Below, piece after piece: positions 1-11,147 of a stretch of DNA of 64,000 bases. The translations under genes were made by a program, and so were the position numbers. The stretch lies in the NCBI RefSeq assembly GCF_910592395.1, contig NC_088308.1, positions 1,364,001 to 1,428,000 on the forward strand, in the 5' to 3' direction. Each line of letters starts with the position of its first letter. Position 1 is the stretch's first letter. A model generated the notes under the pieces. That model made no database searches and was not told where the DNA came from. It saw nothing but the letters and a program-made list of their open reading frames with translations. Source of the stretch: Lineus longissimus. Its lineage: Eukaryota.

Positions 1-501
1 ATGACAAGCAAGAATAAAAAAGATAACTTGCCTTTATTCTTGAAAACCGCTAAAATAAAAAGTATATGTAAATCTGTACATAACAATACAATAAAACGTT
101 GTAGTAAGAAATAAAGGTTGAATTCTGTTTTGTTTATTGTTATTCTAAGGTTCTCTCCCAGGCATGTGTTTGTGCTTCATGTAGTGTGGACTGTTTTGAT
201 GACCTGGATGTGCTGAGGAGCTTTCAAGATATTCTCTCTGCCCCCACATATTTCCTGAAGTATCCTACCAATATATCTCATTCTATTTCATAACATGCCT
301 TATATACTAAAGTATACTGTGCCATTTAAGTCATGATTTCAACCCATTTCGTGCAGTGATACAGGTAATATGACCCAAAGCCTCGGGAGACATTCGGCAG
401 GTTACCCTCCGTGGCGGGCAATATCTATATAATATCATCAAGTAGTGTCGATTAGTGACGTTGAATGTTCATTTCCAAAACCCGTAATGTGTTGCCTAGG
501 T

Positions 502-918
502 TCGACGTTTTCTCTTCTCAAATTAGCGAATAAGACTAAAGAGTTGCTTGCTATCGACGTTTTCTCTTCTCAAATTAGCGAATAAGACTAAAGAGTTGCT
601 TGCTATCGACGTTTTCTCTTCTCAAATTAGCGAATAAGACTAAAGAGTTGCTTGCTATCGTCGTTTTCTCTTCTCAAATTAGCGAATAAGACTAAAGAGT
701 TGCTTGCTATCGTCGTTTTCTCTTCTCAAATTAGCGAATAAGACTAAAGAGTTGCTTGCTATCGACGTTTTCTCTTCTCAAATTAGCAAATAAGACTAAA
801 GAGTTGCTTGCTATCGTCGTTTTCTCTTCTCAAATTAGCGAATAAGACTAAAGAGTTGCTTGCTATCGTCGTTTTCTCTTCTCAAATTAGCAAATAAGAC
901 TTAAGAGTAGCTTGCTAT
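502..918. repeat. 52-bp tandem minisatellite, 8 copies
   Basis: Unit TCGACGTTTTCTCTTCTCAAATTAGCGAATAAGACTAAAGAGTTGCTTGCTA recurs at 502, 554, 606 ... with 0-3 substitutions per copy. Confidence 0.97.
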
Positions 919-1046
919 ACATGAACCTGGTTATTGTCAGAGCAAGGTCATAGTACATGTAGATACCATTACATCGGCCCGACAGTAACCAGCGACCGGT
1001 AACTGTAGAAACGTCAAACCACTGAAGGCGTCTTCTTCTCTTCAAG

Positions 1047-1304
1047 GACGCCACTGATGGATTAGTATAAGAATCTTCACAACATGATGGCGGATATGCC
1101 CGTCGTGACCGAAAACGATCTCGCTCTGGATATGGTCTTTGAAAAGGGGACTTACGCTTTTCTTACGGACATGACCCAGCTCGAGTACGCTGCCCTTGCC
1201 GAGTGTCAGAAATATGTATTTGGAGACGAGGAGACCTTTAATACGGCTGGGATGCGATTTGTGATGCCCCAGGGAGACGTTTTTGCTGATGCTTTTAACT
1301 GGCA
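1047..1304 (+). pseudogene. Isolated exon of an ionotropic glutamate receptor / IR-like gene (S2 ligand-binding lobe), possibly frameshifted
   Basis: Translation DATDGL/YKNLHNMMADMPVVTENDLALDMVFEKGTYAFLTDMTQLEYAALAECQKYVFGDEETFNTAGMRFVMPQGDVFADAFNW matches the iGluR/IR S2 pattern (YAFL.D...LEY....C.......E.F...G..F..PQGS.....FN). Pyrimidine-rich acceptor ends at 1046 and a GTAAGC donor starts at 1305. Joining the acceptor to the ORF needs a 1-nt frameshift at ~1065, or use of the TAG acceptor at 1063-1065. Confidence 0.7.
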
Positions 1305-1600
1305 GTAAGCACATCTTTGGAAAATAGTTTAAGTCCTAAGACTAAACACAGGTTGATAACCTCTGACTGCTCCTGCGCGTTGAACCGCGACTGTGGTGTG
1401 AAACCATTTTTGTCATCTAGTTACAACCTATTGGATTGATGATGATGATTTTGACAAGCACTTCCTGCCACAGATTTAAAACATGAAGTCCTTCCATTTT
1501 GTCCCAGTCAGTCTCAGATGACGGATTTGGACGTAGAAAACATGAAGTCCTTCCATTGCGTCCCAGTCAGACGTGAGACCTACAATGACTTAACAAACAT

Positions 1601-2665
1601 TTAGTTTCGTCGAGAACATTTCCTGAAGAACATTTTCTTGAGCTCCTCGCGGAAGAATGGCAGGGTACAGCCATAAATAATGAAATTGATACTGTAGTTG
1701 ATGTGGCTGATCTGAACAAGGAACTGGCCAAGGTATTGGAGTAAGGCGATGTAGCTCAGGTCATATTGCGCATGGTAAGCGAGGGCTAAACAAGTCCAGA
1801 CTACTGAAGCTGGGGTTAAGAGAACAACAAACAGGGTGGAAACGGACAGCAGGGACACGACAACCCTGAGGTCCTGGGTTGTGGATTTCCCACTTTTTTC
1901 GTTCATGTTGAATCTAGATCGCCCGATTCCGATCAAAATTAAGATATTGGCTATGAAGATTAAGAAACTTGGGGCATAATTATAGAGCACCATGTCAAAC
2001 TGGAATAGTACGACTTTAGCTAGGCCCGAAGCTTGATAAAAACATAGTTTGTTATAATCAAAATAAACTTCCCATAAGACTAACCTGGGGGTAGCTGCGC
2101 TGACTGATAGTATGAACAGCAAGGTTATCAGGATGGAACGTTTTCTTGGCGTTATCAACAACCTTTTTAGCGGGAACCAAACGACGAACGCCCGCTCCAT
2201 TGAGAAGGCCACAATCACCCAAGCCGAGAGACATTCAAAAACAAGTGATAGGAATGGGAGTAACTTGCAGGGAAGGGTAGAAAAGAGCCACAAGTCGATG
2301 AAGAAAGCTCCGTTGGTGATCTGCCTCAAACCTGAATCAATCCAACTTGATATGAAGCCATGCACGATGAGCACACCCAGGTCGGACAAGGAAAGCACGC
2401 TGAGATACCTAACGGTGGCGTCCCGGCGGCCTCTCGTCCTCCAGAAGACAACAAAAGAGATGACATTGCCAATGATGCCGACAACAATCACAACAAGGAT
2501 GACATAACCTTCAGTAAAGGACAGTATCTTTTTGAGATGGACAAGAGTATCACTATCACTATCACCATCTCTACCTGTATCTCGTGTAGTTTGGTAAAGA
2601 CCTCTGTAATGGGAGCTCCAATTGCTTTTGTTTATCATAGTTTTTCGAAGGCAAGAACTATACAC
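1601..2665 (-). CDS. Intronless class A (rhodopsin-like) GPCR, FMRFamide/peptide-receptor-like orphan type
   Basis: 354-aa ORF with 7 hydrophobic segments: GIIGN in TM1, LSLSD in TM2, Cys at the top of TM3, SMERAFVVWFP (DRY variant) and INFIIY (NPxxY variant) followed by FR helix 8. The true start may be the downstream Met (MINKS). Confidence 0.92.
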   Translation of the reverse strand: MYSSCLRKTMINKSNWSSHYRGLYQTTRDTGRDGDSDSDTLVHLKKILSFTEGYVILVVIVVGIIGNVISFVVFWRTRGRRDATVRYLSVLSLSDLGVLIVHGFISSWIDSGLRQITNGAFFIDLWLFSTLPCKLLPFLSLVFECLSAWVIVAFSMERAFVVWFPLKRLLITPRKRSILITLLFILSVSAATPRLVLWEVYFDYNKLCFYQASGLAKVVLFQFDMVLYNYAPSFLIFIANILILIGIGRSRFNMNEKSGKSTTQDLRVVVSLLSVSTLFVVLLTPASVVWTCLALAYHAQYDLSYIALLQYLGQFLVQISHINYSINFIIYGCTLPFFREELKKMFFRKCSRRN

Positions 2666-3274
2666 CTATTTTATAGTCACCCTGGAGATTCAGTTTCCAA
2701 ACTTGCCGAGAATTAGGCAGGTTTCCCAACTTGCCGAGCAGGCCTGCTCTTGACTTCCCTGGGAAAGAAGAACGTTTTTTATATAACATGGAAAAACTTC
2801 AAATGATACAGTATACAACTCCAGATGGATTAATTCATTGTCGACGATCATCCGTTTATGATGGCGGTAATGTTTCGAATGAATGAGGACCTGCATGAAG
2901 TTTCGGTTAACAACATGCAAGATCAAGCACGTGAAAGGAAGTAGCGTACTTCGTAAACACGCTAAAAATACGAAGAAACTATAAATGAATTCCATAAATA
3001 GCCATCGTGCAGTGGTTGCAAGTGATCGTGTAGATCACGATGCATTAAATACAACTGTGAACATTTTAGTTACTTGGCGCATTCAGGTTTTTAACGGTTC
3101 TGGTTTTCGCAATGCTTGAGCTATTGTTGTATAGTAATTGTAAAACCTTTCTTATGAGTAGCACTGTAATGTGTAATTCTTGGAATTAAGTGTGCGGGAT
3201 TATTGGAATTGGGTTCAGATAAGATACCTGTGAAAATTCCCACGGTCTACTTTTAATCCTCCATTCTCCCCAGC

Positions 3275-3396
3275 GTGATCAATTACGTCAGCATTGATGC
3301 GGCTCCTCATTGGATGGAGACGCATCAACGTTGCCCCCTGATTGGTGCAGACAAAGCTGCGCGTGAATACAAAACAGCTGTCCGCACGCTCTCGGC

Positions 3397-3427
<31 letters not shown>

Positions 3428-3445
3428 AGCGATAGAGAGTTATTC
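3275..3445 (+). promoter_or_regulatory. Promoter-like module: CRE-like TTACGTCA, two reverse CCAAT boxes, TATA-like TACAAAA, then a (GA)n tract
   Basis: Motifs read directly at about 3283, 3309, 3341 and 3368, with (GA)13 at 3397-3422. No downstream gene assigned. Confidence 0.35.
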
Positions 3446-3888
3446 CAGTCTCCCGAGTATTTTATAATCACGTGCACGAATCGTCATCCCGACGAACTAT
3501 TTTATCAATTATGACTTTGGTGTGTATAATTTTGTGAAGCAGTGTTAGAATAAAGGATCCGGACGTTAGAAGGCAAATTCAGGACTTATTACGTTTGTAA
3601 CCTGTGCAAATACAACACTATGGACCTCAGATTTCACTGCATGTCCCGAGTATTTCTACACAATCATGTGGTTGCAATATAATAGATCCAACTCTTATTT
3701 GTTTTGCAAAATTCCATGTTTAGTACAATGTACCGGAGTGCTACTTATTTTTAAGACATATCGATGACGTCACATTAATCGCAGCCAATAATGATCGCGT
3801 TACTAGCAAAAACTGCAATGAAAAATGTAACAAACAACAAAAGAGATGTGGACTTCAGTGATATTCTTGAACTAAATGTTGATTTAGC

Positions 3889-6800
3889 TTCACTGAGAGC
3901 ACGTTTCACAAGCAGTTCAATGTGCTCATGACGTGCCGAGAATAAATCTTACGGGTGGGGCGGAAATCTCCCATATTGCTGACATCATCGGCGCCAAAAA
4001 CTATTTCCTTTGACCCTGCCGGCCAGAGTCTTTCAAAACAATTTATAGATTGACTCTGACCCTGCTGACCTCGATTTTTAAAAACTTTTAAAAAAGGCAA
4101 TTCCAAAGTTAAATCAACTGCAAAGATAATCTTTTATATCACTGACGTATATAAATACGATATGTTGAGAAAGATCACTACAACTATCGAAATATACGAT
4201 TCCTTGAAACTATTTCGGCAAATCACTCTGCCACCTGCGAGACCTTGTCACAATTGCGGCGCGCTCGTTTGCATACCGCATATAAGTGGCGAATAAAATC
4301 TCCATTTCAGCATGAAAGCCTTGACGGTTCAGCGCTAAGAGTGTTTGACTGTGGATCGTCTTGTCACGGGTTCGACTCCAGGTGAATCTGTCGCAGTTTT
4401 CTTTTTTTTTCTTCTTGCTTATCTTTTTATCTAATCATCCATGTGCAGATGTCAAAATTTTCATGATTATCATTATCAATACCCCGCACCCAAACTTTTC
4501 AAACTGCAGCGCATACTGATTCCGGGCGTTAGAGTACTACCGAGGATGGTTCGAATCGGTATCTGGTATTTTCGAGGATACATTGGGGCAAAAAAGTATT
4601 AGTGTCGGACAGTGACTATTCCAATCAGAATGAGTCAAAGGTATCCTGAGCTCCAGGCTTTTTATACTCCATCGTCATATTGAGAAGCGCATGATATTGA
4701 AAACCACTGGTGCCTGGATGGATAAAGGGGTACGCCGGGCGTTGACGGTTATATCTAGTTCCTACTTCTGACGCCAATCAACTCCAGTAGTCAGTAGTCA
4801 CACGCTCAAGCACTATCTGCATACAATTGGTGCGTGCATAATTTTTCCCGATCGTTACATTTAAGTTCAGGCTATGTGTCCACTGGGTTTGTCATATGAG
4901 AATACATGAACTATGAGGTAGATGTATTGTTTCAATCATCGTAAATCTGCCTAAAACGGCAAGTTTTCTCATGTACCGGTACGGCAGTGGCGTGCGTCTT
5001 TTTCATTGAAACGTCCTCGCACGACCGGCACCGGCACTTATCGTCGGCGATGATGGAGAGAGCGGTAGCCGCTACATTCACTGAGAACACGTTTCACTAG
5101 CAGCTCAATGTGCTCATGACGTGACGAGAATAAATCTTACGGGTGGGGCGGAAATCTGCCATATTGCTGATATCATCGGCGCCAAGTACAACTATTTCTT
5201 CTGACCCTGCCGGCCAGAGTCTTTCAAAACAATTTATAGATTGACTCTGACCCTGCTGACCTCGATTTTTAAAAACTTTAAAATAGGCAATTTCTAAGTT
5301 AAATCATCTGCAATGATAATCTTTTATGTCACTGACGTATATAAATACGATATGTTGAGAAAAATCTGTACAACTATCGAAATATACGATTCCTTGGAAC
5401 TATTTCGGCAAATCACTCTGCCACCTGCGAGACCTTGTCACAATTGCGGCGCACTCGTTTGCATACCGCATATAAGTGGCGAATAAAATCTCCACTTCAG
5501 CATGAAAGCCTTGACGGTTCAGCGCTAAGAGTGTTTGACTGTGGATCGTCTGGTCACGGGTTCGACTCCCGGTGAATCTGTCGCAGTTCTTTTTTTTCTT
5601 CTTGCTTATCTTTTTATCTATTCATCCATGTGCAGATGTCAAAATTTTCACTATTATTGTTATCATACCCCGCACCCAAACTTTTCAAACTGCAGCGCAT
5701 ACTGATTCCGGGCACTCGAGTACTACCGAGGATGGTTCGAATCGGTATCTGGTATTTTCGAGGATACATTGGGGCAAAAAAGTATTAATGTCGGACAGTG
5801 ACTATTCCAATCAGAATGAGTCAAAGGGTATCCTGAGCTCCAGGCTTTTTATACTCCATCGTCATATTGAGAGGCGGAGAATATTGAAAACCACTGGTGC
5901 CTGGATGGATAAAGGGGTACGCCGGGCGTTGACGGTTATATCTGGTTCCCACTTCTTACGCCAATCAACTCCAATAGTCAGTTGTCACACGCTCAAGCAC
6001 TATCTGTATACAATTGGTGCGTGCATAATTTTTCCCGATCGTTACATTTCAGTTCAGGTTATGTCACTTGGTTTGTCATATGAGAATACAATGTACATGA
6101 ACTATGAGGTAGATGTATTGTTTCAATCATCGCAAATCTGCCTAAAACGGCAAGTTTTCTCATGTATCGGTACGGCAGTGCATGGCGTGCGTTTTTTTCA
6201 TTGAAACGTCCCCAGACGACCGGCACCGGCACATATCATCGGCGATGATGGAGAGAGCGGTTAGCGGTACATATTCACTGAGAGCACGTTTCACTAGCAG
6301 TTCAATGTGCTCATGACGTGCCGAGAATAAATCTTACGGGTGGGGCGGAAATCTGCCATATTGCTGATATCATCGGCGCCAACAACTATTTCTTTTGACC
6401 CTGCCGGCCAGAGTCTTTCAAAACAATTTATAGATTGACTCTGACCCTGCTGACCTCGATTTTTAAAAACTTAAAAAAAAGGCAATTCCAAAGTTAAATC
6501 AACTGCAATGATGATCTTTTATATCACTGACGTATATAAATACGATATGTTGAGAAAAATCACTACAACTATCGAAATATACGATTCCTTGAAACTATTT
6601 CGGCAAATCACTCTGCCACCTGCGAGACCTTGTCACAATTGCGGCGCGCTCGTTTGCATACCGCATATAAGTGGCGAATAAAATCTCCATTTCAGCATGA
6701 AAGCCTTGACGGTTCGGCGCTAAGAGTGTTTGACTATGGATCGTCTGGTCACGGGTTCGACGCCAGGTGAATCTGTCGCAGTTTTCTTTTTTTTTCTTCT

Positions 6801-9390
6801 TGCTTATCTTTTTATCTAATCATCCATGTGCAGATGTCAAAATTTTCACTATTATTGTTATCATACCCCGCACCCAAACTTTTCAAACTGCAGCGCATAC
6901 TGATTCCGGGCGTTAGAGTACTACCGAGGATGGTTCGAATCGGTACCTGGTATTTTCGAGGATACATTGGGGCAAAAAAGTATTAGTGTCGGACAGTGAC
7001 TATTCCAATCAGAATGAGTCAAAGGGTATCCTGAGCTCCAGGCTTTTTATACTCCATCGTCATATTGAGAGGCGGATGATATTGAAAACCACTGGTGCCT
7101 GGATGGATAAAGGGGTACGCTGGGCGTTGACGGTTATATCTAGTTCCTACTTCTGACGCCAATCAACTCCAATAGTCAGTAGTCACACGCTCAAGCACTC
7201 TCTGCATACAATTGGTGCGTGATTTTTTCCGCCATCGTTACATTTAAGTTAAGGCTATGTCACTTGGTTTGTCACATGAGAATACATGAACTATGAGGTA
7301 GATGTAGTGTTTCAATCATCGCGCAAATCTTTCTAAAACGGCAAGTTTTCTCATGTAACGGTACGGCAGTGGTATGATAATGATAATAATGAAAATTTCG
7401 ACATCTGCGCATGGATGATTAGATCACAAGACAAAGAAGAAGAAAAAAAGAGAAAACTGCGAAAGATTCACCGGGAGTCGAACCCGTGACCAGCCGATCC
7501 ACAGTCAAACACTCTTAGCGCTGAACCGTCAAGGCTTTCATGCTGAAGTGGAGATTTTATTCGCCACTTATATGCGGTATGCAAACGAGCGCGCCGCAAT
7601 TGTGACAAGGTCTCGCAGGTGGCAGAGTGATTTGCCGAAATAGTTCCAAGGAATCGTATATTTCGATAGTTGTAGTGATCTTTATCAACATATCGTATTT
7701 ATATACGTCAGTGATATAAAAGATTATCTTTGCAGTTGATTTAACTTTGGAATTGCCTTTTTTTAAAGTTTTTAAAAATCGAGGTCAGCAGGGTCAGAGT
7801 CAATCTATAAATTGTTTTGAAAGACTCTGGCCGGCAGGGTCAGAAGAAATAGTTGTTGGTGCCGATGATGTCTCAATATGGCGGATTTCCGCCCCACCCG
7901 TAAGATTTATTCTCGTCACGTCATGAGCACATTGAGCTGCTAGTGAAACGTGTTCTCAGTGAATGTAGCGGCTACCGCTCTCTCCATCATCGCCGACGAT
8001 ATGTGTCCGTGCCGGTCGTGCGAGGTCGTTTCAATGAAAAAGACGCACGCCACTGCCGTACCAGTACATGAGAAAACTTGCCGTTTTAGAAAGACTTGCG
8101 ATGATTGAAACAATACATCTACCTCATAGTTCATGTATTCTCATTTGACAAACCCAGTGGACGCATGGCTTTAACTTAAATGTAACACGATGGGAGAAAA
8201 TTATGCACGCACCAATTGTATACAGATAGTGCTTGAGCGTGTGACTACTGACTATTGGAGTTGATTGGCGTCAGAAGTAGGAACTAGATATAACCGTCAA
8301 CGCCCGGCGTACCCCGTTATCCATCCAGGCACCAGTGGTTTTCAATCTCCTCCACGCCTCTCAATATGACGATGGAGTATAAAAAGCCTGGAGCTCAGGA
8401 TACCCTTTGACTCATTCTGATTGGAATAGTCACTGTCCGACACTAATACTTTTATGCCCCAACGCATCCTCGAAAATACCAGATGCCGATTCGAACCATC
8501 CTCGGTAGTACTCGAATGCCCGGAATCAGTATGCGCTGCAGTTTGAAAAGTTTGGGTGCGGGTCATTGATAATGATTATAATGAAAATTTTTACACCTGC
8601 ACATGGATGATTAGATCACAAGACAAAGAAGAAGAAAAAAAGAGAAAACTGCGAAAGATTCACCGGGAGTCGAACCCGTGACCAGCCGATCCACAGTCAA
8701 ACACTCTTAGCGCTGAACCGCCAAGGCTCTCATGCTGAAACGGAGACTTTATTCGCCTCTTATATGCGGTATGCAAACGAGCGCGCCGCAATTGTGACAA
8801 GGTCTCGCAGGTGGCAGAGTGATTTGCCGAAATAGTTCCAAGGAATCGTATATTTCGATAGTTGTACATATTTTTCTCAACATATCGTATTTATATACGT
8901 CAGTGATATAAAAGATCACCATTGGAGTTGATTTAACGTTGGAATTGCCTTTTTTAAAGTTTTTAAAAATCGAGGTCAGCAGGGTCAGAGTCAATCTATA
9001 AATTGTTTTGAAAGACTCTGGCCGGCAGGGTCAAAAGAAATAGTTGTTGGCGCCGATGATATCAGCAATATGGCAGATTTCCGCCCCACCCGTAAGATTT
9101 ATTCTCGGCACGTCATGAGCACATTGAACTGCTAGTGAAACGTGCTCTCAGTGAATATGTACCGGCTACCGCTCTCTCCATCGCCGATGATATGTGCCGG
9201 TGCCGGTCGTTTGGGGACGTTTCAATGAAAAAGACGCACGCCATGCACTGCCGTACCGATACATGAGAAAACTTGCCGTTTTAGAAAGATTTGCGCGATG
9301 ATTGAAACAATACATCATAGTTCATGTATTCTCATGTGACAAACCCAGTGACATAGCCTTAACTCCATCATCGGCGACGATATGTGCTGG
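3889..9390. repeat. Array of a ~1.19-kb unit: direct copies 3889-5076, 5077-6273 and 6274-7372 (partial), then ~1.7 inverted copies 7371-9363 plus a short fragment to ~9390
   Basis: Unit start TTCACTGAGA(G/A)CACGTTTCAC at 3889, 5077 and 6274. Its reverse complement ends at 7963 and 9155. Copies are highly similar with scattered SNPs and indels. Confidence 0.95.
4318..4415 (+). ncRNA. tRNA-derived (His-like, GTG) Pol III module followed by a T-run. Repeated at 5508 (+), 6703 (+), 7464-7535 (-) and 8656-8727 (-)
   Basis: GCCTTGACGGTTCAGCGCTAAG (A-box-like), TTGA-CTGTGGA-TCG (anticodon-arm-like), CGGGTTCGACTCC (B-box/T-arm), then TTTTCTTTTTTTTT. The acceptor stem does not close, so this is not a functional tRNA. 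Confidence 0.6.
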
Positions 9391-9409
9391 CGTAGAAGTT
9401 TAAAAATCC

Positions 9410-9540
9410 TAGGATAGAATGCCTGGGAAACAAAGGATTCTATTATGCGCTTCAATCTCTGAGCTATTGACGATCAGGGTCTCTATAGAACCATATTGCA
9501 GAATACAATAGGGCCGGACACTTTTTCCAGGGGGGCATTT
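9410..9540. repeat. Dispersed repeat; a second, inverted, diverged copy lies at ~28310-28440 in an ABCC intron
   Basis: AATACAATAGGGCCGGACAC, CTCTATAGAACCAT and GAGCTATTGA here are matched by GTGTCCGGCCCTATTGTATT, ATGGTTCTATAGAG and TCAATAGCTC near 28325-28385. Confidence 0.75.
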
Positions 9541-9703
9541 GTTACTGTTACACCGGCGCAACAGTTTTGTTAGTCCTAGCATATAGGGCACCCGTTGGAC
9601 AAAGGAGTTTGAGGTGAGGTGACGTCACGTGTCACTTGGACAAATTTAGTTACACGTACCGACGATCATCCCATGAGATGGACTGATCTCTGGTTGCCCT
9701 GAC

Positions 9704-9981
9704 CAGGCCGAATCAGGCCTGGCTGCTCCACCGTGTTGACAACATGATGAGAGTGATGAGACAGTCACAGCCAGGCCGCATCAATCTTCGCCGCACTGCC
9801 TAGTTGTTAATATGGCGAGAGAGATGAGACAATCACAGCCAGGCCAAATCAGTCTCGGATGCTCTGCCAAGTTGTCTACATGGTGAGAGAGATGAGAGAC
9901 AGTCACAGCCAGGCCAAATCAGTCTTGGCTGCTCTGGCAAGTTGTCTATATGGTGAGAGAGATGAGACAGTCACAGCCAGG
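9704..9981. repeat. ~70-bp minisatellite, ~4 copies (same family as 15203-15394)
   Basis: Recurrent GAGAGAGATGAGACAGTCACAGCCAGGCCAAATCAGTCTTGGCTGCTC...GACAACATG. Confidence 0.9.
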
Positions 9982-10782
9982 AACCGGCTTCTCAAGACCG
10001 CATACCGATGGTATCCATCAATATGTGTCTCCTTGACTGATGTAAACAGTATTGGTACCATTATATAGAGGATGTAGGGGCATGCAATGGGAGGATAGGT
10101 CATGCCCCAGACATCAACAATCGGTGATCCTCAATATTGGTCACCATGGCATGCATGCATGCATATCTTAGAATAAATTAACTATGTTGCATATACATGG
10201 CTGTATAGCAAAATAGTCAAAATTAGCAAAGATATGCACATGTCACTGTGCTACGAGTATTTGGTCAGCAGGCGTTCGTCTATTACGCGATCACGACCAC
10301 TTCAAAACGTTGAGCAGATAAACGAAAGTTTGATACCTAACTAATTTCTGAAAGATCAATATTTTGGTTTTGCTAATGTGCCTTCACTAATATGTTCTTA
10401 CGTTTTCATCTCAAGAAATATCAACCTGAAAGTGATCTTGATTTTATCGATAGATACCTATGATTACACCAATTAATATTCTTATGTAAGAGTTTTTTTA
10501 ATATATTTGTCATAACAATTTTACAATACCCAAAATATGGGTCATACCAGCAGACTACAGGCCTAGTCTACATATAGGCCCCTACTATAAATCAGATACT
10601 TGGTCGTGGTCAATTGGACAGATTACCACTCGGAAGAGATTGTCCCCATGTTTATTAGAAATGTCTTTAGGACCGACTGACTGATGAGACTGCCCATATG
10701 ATTATTGGAGATGTCTCTTGGACAAATTTCTCTTCGAGTAATTTCTAATTGAGGAGCCAGCACAATTAAATACTCCATTGGC

Positions 10783-10946
10783 ATGTGTGATGTTATCATC
10801 AGTATCTTTGTCACAATTCTGTATCCACTTTCATCTCGGTTGTGTTGGCATTTGTTTCAGGTATCGCACATTTCCAGAAACCCAATGTTCTGTTGATTGT
10901 TGTGGATGATTTGAGACCAGCTATTGGCTGCTAGTGCTACGGCTAA
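10783..10946 (+). pseudogene. Decayed N-terminal fragment of an iduronate-2-sulfatase-like sulfatase
   Basis: In-frame STFISVVLAFVSGIAHFQKPNVLLIVVDDLRPAIGC*CYG* gives a signal-peptide-like stretch plus the IDS-type NVL.I.VDDLRP..GCYG motif (from 10878), broken by two stop codons. I recognised no further sulfatase exons. Confidence 0.75.
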
Positions 10947-11147
10947 AAATCAAACGAGGACTGACAACGAATTTGAGGGCTTCTTTCCAAAATTACACTG
11001 TAGACAAATTGATCAAGTAAAGTATTTTTATGTGGATATTGACGTCATTTTGGTGGCACGTTTAAGATGACTGTGGTCCCAAGTAGTACTCAAGTTGTAC
11101 TTAAAGAGTTGTCAGGTAGATATTGTGTACTGCCAGTCTCGTGAGAT

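Noticed and set aside
2112..2716. Plus-strand ORFs overlapping the GPCR, and similar antisense ORFs over ABCC, TBL3 and SLC22 exons
   Set aside because: Shadow ORFs of real coding sequence with no independent protein features.
4318..4389. Functional tRNA-His genes in each repeat unit
   Set aside because: The 5' GCCTTGA cannot pair with the 3' TGAATCT, the anticodon stem is weak, and one copy has the anticodon mutated. Treated as tRNA-derived only.
5572..6204. 210-aa ORF inside the 1.19-kb repeat unit
   Set aside because: It has a GTG start and no recognisable domain, and the same frame is broken by stops and frameshifts in the other copies. Most likely a chance open frame.
10681..10740. Hammerhead ribozyme core (CTGATGAG)
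   Set aside because: No GAAA after a stem II and no compatible stem I/III.
10805..10855. PHD-finger-like peptide FHLGCVGI in an alternative frame
   Set aside because: The other Cys ligands are missing. The sulfatase-signal frame explains this stretch better.
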